Shown here: positions 58,484-64,000 of the stretch, piece by piece
How the letters are laid out: each line of letters starts with the position of its first letter
How positions within the stretch are numbered: the first letter of the stretch is position 1
Notes under the pieces: generated by a model
Told to the model about the DNA's origin: nothing
The model's input: the letters and a program-made list of their open reading frames with translations, nothing else
Databases searched by the model: none
Assembly (NCBI GenBank): GCA_016839555.1
Contig: JAEOUA010000003.1
Coordinates: 451,610-515,609, forward strand
From: Promethearchaeota archaeon
GTDB lineage: Archaea; Asgardarchaeota; Lokiarchaeia; Sigyniarchaeales; SOKP01
Length of the DNA: 64,000 nucleotides
Direction: 5' to 3'
Made by a program: the position numbers and the translations under genes

Positions 58484-59353
58484 ATGGAATCAAATCTAAA
58501 TAGAATAAATGACGGGGATTTCATTTTTCTTGTTCTAGATCATAAAAGAAGGTGGTTAGTACAAGTAAATGCAGGAAAAGAATTTCATACGCATCGGGGA
58601 ATCATTGAATTCGATGATATTATTGGAAAACCTTATGGTTCATGTGTTTTTTCCAAACCTTTGGAAGTACAAGGATACTTATTTTATGTACTGAAACCTC
58701 TGCCAAGTGATTTTATTCTTCATATGAGCAGAAAGACACAAATTATTTATCCAAAAGATGCGGGCATTATCTTACTTTATACGGGGATAGGTCCAGGAAG
58801 TCAAGTGGTAGAGATAGGGAGTGGTTCTGGTGCTCTAACGTGTATTTTGGGGCATTATGTGAAACCTCATGGACATGTATATTCCTATGATATAAGGAAA
58901 AAATCACTTAAGCAGGCACAAAAAAATATAAAAAATGCTAAGCTGGAAAAGTATGTTTCAGTACAATATGGGAATATCTTTGAAGAGGAAATCTATCATA
59001 AAAATATTGACACAGTAGTTTTGGATATACCAACTCCATGGGATACAATAAAAATAGTAAAAGATTTTCTCAAATTAAGTGGGTCAGTAGTTTCATTTTC
59101 ACCTACTATTGAACAGGCAAAAAAAACAACATTTGCGCTTGAGTCCCATAAGTTTTTTGAGATAAAAACTGTAGAGCTATTAATGAGAACCATGCAAATT
59201 AATAGAAACGCTACTCGTCCGAATAGTCGCATGATTGGACATTCAGGTTACCTCACATTTGGGCGAAAAGTTGAGGAGAAAGAAAATCCATACAGAGGTA
59301 TAAAACCCAAGGAAAAAGAATATGTTGATATGAAAGGAATGCCCTTGAGGTGA
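58484..59353 (+). CDS. trmI: tRNA (adenine-N1)-methyltransferase TrmI/Trm61
   Basis: FHTHRG, RKTQIIYPKD, EIGSGSG, LDIPTPW, FSPTIEQ, RP...MIGHSGYL. Confidence 0.96.
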   Translation: MESNLNRINDGDFIFLVLDHKRRWLVQVNAGKEFHTHRGIIEFDDIIGKPYGSCVFSKPLEVQGYLFYVLKPLPSDFILHMSRKTQIIYPKDAGIILLYTGIGPGSQVVEIGSGSGALTCILGHYVKPHGHVYSYDIRKKSLKQAQKNIKNAKLEKYVSVQYGNIFEEEIYHKNIDTVVLDIPTPWDTIKIVKDFLKLSGSVVSFSPTIEQAKKTTFALESHKFFEIKTVELLMRTMQINRNATRPNSRMIGHSGYLTFGRKVEEKENPYRGIKPKEKEYVDMKGMPLR

Positions 59354-59817
59354 AAAATATAACTCATATAATCTCAAAAGAAATTATATGTTCCATTTGT
59401 CAAAATCACTTTAAGATAATATGGGAAGCTTCAATTAATACATGGCTGGATCCAGAATTAATTAAAAAAATTCTTGATGATGCTTATTATTATGAATGCC
59501 CTAAATGTAATAGTGAGATACATCTTGACACGAAAATCCTCATCAATTGTCCTAAAGGAATGTTTTGGATTTCCACCGCTGAGAATTTAGATGTTAAACA
59601 ACAAATATTAAGGAAATATGAAGTGATTGATGAAAATAATGAAATAATCAGACCAAGTTTTAGAGATCTACCACAAGGAGAACAAACGGTAAGGGGTGGA
59701 TCTAATGCTAGTTCATTTCTTAAAAAAGAATTGGAAAAAATTAAAGAAGAAATCTTAAAGGACGAAAAATTAGATAATCCTTTTAACAATTCTAAAAAAA
59801 AAGATAATAATTTATAA
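59350..59817 (+). CDS. CpXC-like Zn-ribbon protein
   Basis: CSIC..F...IW..SIN..LDPEL...IL....Y.CPKC; start is GTG 59350 or ATA 59359. Confidence 0.72.
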   Translation: MKNITHIISKEIICSICQNHFKIIWEASINTWLDPELIKKILDDAYYYECPKCNSEIHLDTKILINCPKGMFWISTAENLDVKQQILRKYEVIDENNEIIRPSFRDLPQGEQTVRGGSNASSFLKKELEKIKEEILKDEKLDNPFNNSKKKDNNL

Positions 59818-60015
59818 AAAAACATAATTCAGATGATTTTTTTTAGATCTCTTCCCATAGATATTTCGAGTCAGATTATTAAGTGAAAAGTGGATTTATG
59901 TTAATAGGAAAGATGATTATAACTTAACATAATGTTCTTTAAATTCGAAAAAGAAGAACTATTTAAAAGTTATTATTTCTATTTATTTTAGTAATCAAAT
60001 AAAATTTTAATAAAA

Positions 60016-60741
60016 ATGTTAATCGATCCTAAAGTTACAAAATTAATAATTTTTAATTATGGCGGAGGTATCGTTGAAAGAGAAATGAGACTCTCTCTTC
60101 AGAGGGGACCAAATAATTTTCAAATTCAAAATGTCCCAGCGAGTTTTGATCCAAATTCGGCTGATATTAAATTAGAATTTGTTAATCCAGGAGATAAAGA
60201 ATTGTTTACCCTCCAGCAAACCATTGTATCTCTACCTGATATAGAGACTGCTCGACAAATTATCGACCGAGAAAAAGCTGCTGCGAATAATATAATTTCT
60301 TACTCAATTGATTTTACGAGAGAGGTGAGAGAAGATGTAAATCGTCTTTGCGAAGCAAGTAAGTATCGAACCTACGCTGATATGAAAGGAATTTTTGATT
60401 TTATCATCAATGCAAAAAATCAAGGAGAAGTTATAGTAAAAATTCAATATTTTATTACTGACCTACGTATTAGATGGGAAACCACCTTAAATGTTAATGT
60501 TAGTAATGATGATAAAAAAGCAGAACTTGAGGCGTATATAGTAGTAGATAATCAAACAAGTTTTTCCTATGATAATGTTGAACTCGGATTTGCTATATTT
60601 GAACTTCCTTCTTTACCTGCAACTGGTGCGATAGCACCACCAGGTGCTCCAGCTGCAGCTCAGCCAGCATTGAGACAAGAAATGTTAAGTGAATTAAACC
60701 GGATGAAGAAAACGCAGAGAATGCGTAATTTAGCATTATAG
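60016..60741 (+). CDS. N-terminal half of a DUF4140/DUF4139-like protein
   Basis: LIIFN.GGGIVERE.R..L..G.N.F.I.NVP...DP.S; Y...L.W....; V.NQT..SY.NV.L. Confidence 0.68.
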   Translation: MLIDPKVTKLIIFNYGGGIVEREMRLSLQRGPNNFQIQNVPASFDPNSADIKLEFVNPGDKELFTLQQTIVSLPDIETARQIIDREKAAANNIISYSIDFTREVREDVNRLCEASKYRTYADMKGIFDFIINAKNQGEVIVKIQYFITDLRIRWETTLNVNVSNDDKKAELEAYIVVDNQTSFSYDNVELGFAIFELPSLPATGAIAPPGAPAAAQPALRQEMLSELNRMKKTQRMRNLAL

Positions 60742-60747
60742 TAGGAG

Positions 60748-61434
60748 GTGAAAAAAATAAAAGCAAATATCCCATCCCGTAAGAAAATTAAATTAGAATG
60801 GTTTAAATCCCAATCAGAATTTAAAATTGAGCGCAAAACGGAAATTCAATATAATGCCAATTCAGTGACTGAAAATAAGCACAATCATAATGTAAATATA
60901 AAGTATATCCTTACAAAAAAAGGAGATCCTAAAGAGTTACCGAGTGGATCTCCCATAACACTCTATAAAGAAGGTTTACCATTTTTATTCCTTTCCACCT
61001 CAGCGACTATTGGCAATAAGATTATTTCTGAGGAAATAATAGACGCCGATATTACTATCGATGATGATATCGTCGAGATTAAAGAAGGAACACCCGAAAT
61101 TACATTTGAAGACGCCTTGAAGCTAAAAGAACACGTGGAAGTGCGAACGCGTTATGATCAGATAACCAGAAAAATTACTATTGAAAATAAACTGGATAAT
61201 GAAATAGAATTGGAATTGAACTTTAAACAGACCAAAGATGTATCATTTGTGAGTTCTGAACCAGTACCGACTGAAACAAAAGAACCAATTTTTATGTTTA
61301 ATATCACAATTCCCTCGGAAGGAAATAAGAAAATTACCCTTAGATTGCAAGCTAAAATTGTAAAGAGAGTCACTAAGATAAAACCAGAATATGTAAGGGA
61401 AGAAAAACCGCCTAAATTTAGAAAAATTGATTAA
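60748..61434 (+). CDS. C-terminal half of a DUF4139-like protein
   Basis: LP.G.P..LY; KITIENK....IEL; F.I.IP..G.K.ITL; start is GTG 60748 or ATA 60757. Confidence 0.6.
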   Translation: MKKIKANIPSRKKIKLEWFKSQSEFKIERKTEIQYNANSVTENKHNHNVNIKYILTKKGDPKELPSGSPITLYKEGLPFLFLSTSATIGNKIISEEIIDADITIDDDIVEIKEGTPEITFEDALKLKEHVEVRTRYDQITRKITIENKLDNEIELELNFKQTKDVSFVSSEPVPTETKEPIFMFNITIPSEGNKKITLRLQAKIVKRVTKIKPEYVREEKPPKFRKID

Positions 61435-61552
61435 TAACTTTTTTTTAAAATTTTTTTAATTTACTTATTCTTAGAGAGAAATATGAGAAATAGAACAGTA
61501 ATAAGTCCATAATGAGGATTTTTACTACTTCAGAAAAAGCAAAATAACTAAT

Positions 61553-61981
61553 TTAAAAAGCTTTCAACTTACGCCCGCCACTATAGTCTTTTTGTACTGA
61601 AAACCTTTCCGTTCGAAAAAAATGGTTCTTACGTTCAGCATGGATTTCCACATATTTTTGAATCAATTCCTCAATTAAATCTCTACTGGGTTTATCTGTC
61701 ATGATTTTTTCGGGTTGGTTCAAATATATGAGAATTTCCTTATTTTTCGCTTCATTTGGCAGTCCGAGATTTTTAAGGGGGACATGATACGAGTGCAAAA
61801 TCCATCCTTTTTTGTCTTGTTCATGAGCTATTATTTTCACGATATTCGATTCCAATTTGCGGATTTTAATATCTATTAAATCGCTTTTTTTTGCACTTCG
61901 AATTTGTATAGAAATATATTCGGGGATTTCATTCTTTTTATCATGAATCTTTTTTATAAATTCTTTATACTTTTCGCTCAT
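61553..61981 (-). CDS. Hypothetical protein
   Basis: 142-aa ORF with AAGGA SD; no recognisable motif. Confidence 0.6.
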   Translation of the reverse strand: MSEKYKEFIKKIHDKKNEIPEYISIQIRSAKKSDLIDIKIRKLESNIVKIIAHEQDKKGWILHSYHVPLKNLGLPNEAKNKEILIYLNQPEKIMTDKPSRDLIEELIQKYVEIHAERKNHFFRTERFSVQKDYSGGRKLKAF

Positions 61982-62496
61982 TTTCCTTTAATTTCTTTGA
62001 ATTATTTTTTTAATATCTAATAGAATTAATTATGGAAAATACTTATTATTTATTAGTTATTACTATATTCTATCATTTAAGACCTAAATATTATTTTTAC
62101 TTTTTGTTAGTGAATTAGGGATTAATAAATTCTTCAATAAGAATGTCTAAAAAATATGAAAAGAAAAAATTATTCAAATATTAACCTTATGGACTAAGAT
62201 ATTGTTAGAATATATTTTTTAAAATATTAAAACTAACTCTATTGCTTTTTATTAAGTTAATTAGAAGATATGTATATTTCTTCCTAAAAACTTACGAATT
62301 ATTACTTTTATGATTAATATTTTTGCTATAGGTTTATTTTATCGTGAAAATTATTCATATAATTTTTTAAAAACGGGAAAAATAAGGAAGATAGGTGTTT
62401 TATGCAAGTACATTATTAGTTATTGATCATTAAAATTAAGATTTATATAGGATATCATCATTAATTAATATTGAACTCTAAATAAAGTGATAAAAA

Positions 62497-64000
62497 ATGA
62501 CAGAAAAATTAAAGTATTCTCAACGATTTTGGAAAAAAAATTGGGATCCTGGATTAGATGATCTTGATCCAAAGGAATTTGATACGACCTACGTGGAATC
62601 TAGTAAACCCACATTCAAGGATTTTGGCGATAAATTGTGTGTGGAGTTTTTAGGAGTCGAAATAACTTTTAAACAAATCGATGAATATGCAAATCAGTTT
62701 GCCAACATGTTAATAGATAATGGATTTAAAAAGGGAGATGTGGTAGGGTTAAACTTGCCAAATTCTCCTCAATATATTATCGCACTATTAGGTACTTTAA
62801 GAGCAGGATGCATAGTTTCTGGAGTATCACCACTTCTCTCAGCGGTTCAAATTGAATATCAATTAAATGATTTGGGAGGAAAAGGAAAGAAAAAAGTAGC
62901 GCTAATCACACTGGACGCCATTTTTGAAGGAATTATTACTAAAATAGCAGGTAAAATAAAAGATACCAAACTTGTAATTGCTACTAATATCGCGGACTTT
63001 CTTCCCAAAATAAAACAGGTGTTGGGAAAATTATTAAAAAAAGTCCCGAAAGGAAAAGTAACTCCCTTAAGAGGGAAAACGGTATTAAATTTTATAGATG
63101 ACGTGATAAACAAATATCCTCCTGACCCTGTTAAAGTTGCTCTTACACCAGATGATATTGGGTGGATCCAATATACTGGAGGGACAACTGGTCCACCAAA
63201 AGGCGCTATGCTAACTCACAGAAATTGCGTATCCAATATAAAATGTATTATAGAATGGCTTCAATGGGAAAGAGGAAATGGAGTTATGTGTTCAGGATTT
63301 CCAATGTTTCACGCTGCTGGATTGACCGTTGCTGAAGCTTCTTTATATAATGGTTGGAGTCAAATGCTCATCCCAAACCCTCGTGATACGGATCATATCG
63401 TAAATGTGATGAAGAAATACAATGTGACTAATTTGGTAAATGTACCTAGTTTATATCAGCTTTTAATTAAAAATCCTAAATTCGGAGAGATGGATCATTC
63501 TAATTTAGGAACATGCGTATCTGCAGCCGCTCCTTTCCCAAAAGAGTCGCAAGTAGAGCTTGAGAGTATCATAGGGAAGGGTAAATTATTGGAACTTTAT
63601 GGGATGACGGAAACTTCTCCTGTATCTACTATGAATCCTTCCTTAGGAGAAAAGAAATTAGGTACAATAGGTATGCCATTTTTAAATGTGGATTTAAAGA
63701 TCGTCGATCCTGAAACAGATGAAGAGTTACCCGTTGGAGAGCCTGGGGAGATTTGCGTGAAGGGCCCCTTAGTTATGAAAGGGTATTATAATAAGCCAGA
63801 AGAGACTAAAAAGGCCATCGATAAGGATGGGTATATGCATACTGGTGATGTGGGTATGATGGATGAGGACGGGTATATTCGAATTGTAGATCGTACAAAA
63901 GATATGATCATTGTAGGTGGTTATAAAGTCTTCTCTACAAAAGTAGAAGATGTGCTTTCGAAACATCCTGCTATAGGTATGATCGCATTAATTGGAAAAC
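62497..64000 (+). CDS. Long-chain fatty acid--CoA ligase (AMP-binding), truncated at window end; not in ORF track
   Basis: Manual translation MTEKLKYSQRFW...; QYTGGTTGPPKG, ELYGMTE, HTGD, DRTKDMI.VGG. Confidence 0.93.
   Translation, partial: MTEKLKYSQRFWKKNWDPGLDDLDPKEFDTTYVESSKPTFKDFGDKLCVEFLGVEITFKQIDEYANQFANMLIDNGFKKGDVVGLNLPNSPQYIIALLGTLRAGCIVSGVSPLLSAVQIEYQLNDLGGKGKKKVALITLDAIFEGIITKIAGKIKDTKLVIATNIADFLPKIKQVLGKLLKKVPKGKVTPLRGKTVLNFIDDVINKYPPDPVKVALTPDDIGWIQYTGGTTGPPKGAMLTHRNCVSNIKCIIEWLQWERGNGVMCSGFPMFHAAGLTVAEASLYNGWSQMLIPNPRDTDHIVNVMKKYNVTNLVNVPSLYQLLIKNPKFGEMDHSNLGTCVSAAAPFPKESQVELESIIGKGKLLELYGMTETSPVSTMNPSLGEKKLGTIGMPFLNVDLKIVDPETDEELPVGEPGEICVKGPLVMKGYYNKPEETKKAIDKDGYMHTGDVGMMDEDGYIRIVDRTKDMIIVGGYKVFSTKVEDVLSKHPAIGMIALIGK

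Noticed and set aside
18027-59353. Selenocysteine read-through at TGA stops (18028-18030, 35804-35806, 59351-59353)
   Set aside because: Each TGA is part of an ATGA or GTGA overlap with the next gene, the proteins are already complete, and no SECIS was recognised
62392-62419. Tiny ORF MQVHY after AGGTG upstream of the acyl-CoA ligase
   Set aside because: Five codons only; indistinguishable from chance
59-63966. Short ORFs antisense to or overlapping real genes (e.g. 59..268, 6473..6745, 8804..9169, 12769..13113, 29247..29567, 59490..59825, 62859..63113)
   Set aside because: Shadow ORFs of well-supported genes, with no motifs or SD
1-64000. tRNA, rRNA, CRISPR arrays, transposases and integrases
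   Set aside because: No cloverleaf or long GC-rich structured region, no regularly spaced repeats and no transposase or recombinase motifs found by eye; a weak ncRNA could have been missed

Overview
A very AT-rich archaeal chromosomal segment. Archaeal markers are EF-1beta, Lsm, RIO2, TrmI and RpoD-L18e-L13-S9. It most likely comes from an Asgard archaeon (Lokiarchaeia-like); this is inferred from MutS1/MutL, a gelsolin-like domain, a single-pass protein with a longin/roadblock-like tail and a eukaryote-like PPP phosphatase. Housekeeping content includes mutL, mutS, a four-subunit 2-oxoacid:ferredoxin oxidoreductase, aroC, aroA, glyA, a Clp1-family kinase and a truncated acyl-CoA synthetase. 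Highlights: (1) an operon pairing a circularly permuted ATP-grasp ligase with an M14 carboxypeptidase, a candidate peptide-tag writer/eraser analogous to TTLL/CCP; (2) a gelsolin-like domain fused to four TM helices; (3) a corrinoid methyl-transfer operon (MtoC/MtoB/MtoA-like) with one intact and one degenerate MtrH; (4) sequence evidence for AUU/AUA start codons; (5) tandem radical SAM genes whose extra copy carries a synonymously diverged mutL tail; (6) an unannotated 51-aa Cys/His peptide heading an ABC exporter operon divergent from an ArsR-like regulator. No tRNA, rRNA, CRISPR array or transposase was recognised. All family calls come from motif recognition by eye, not database searches.
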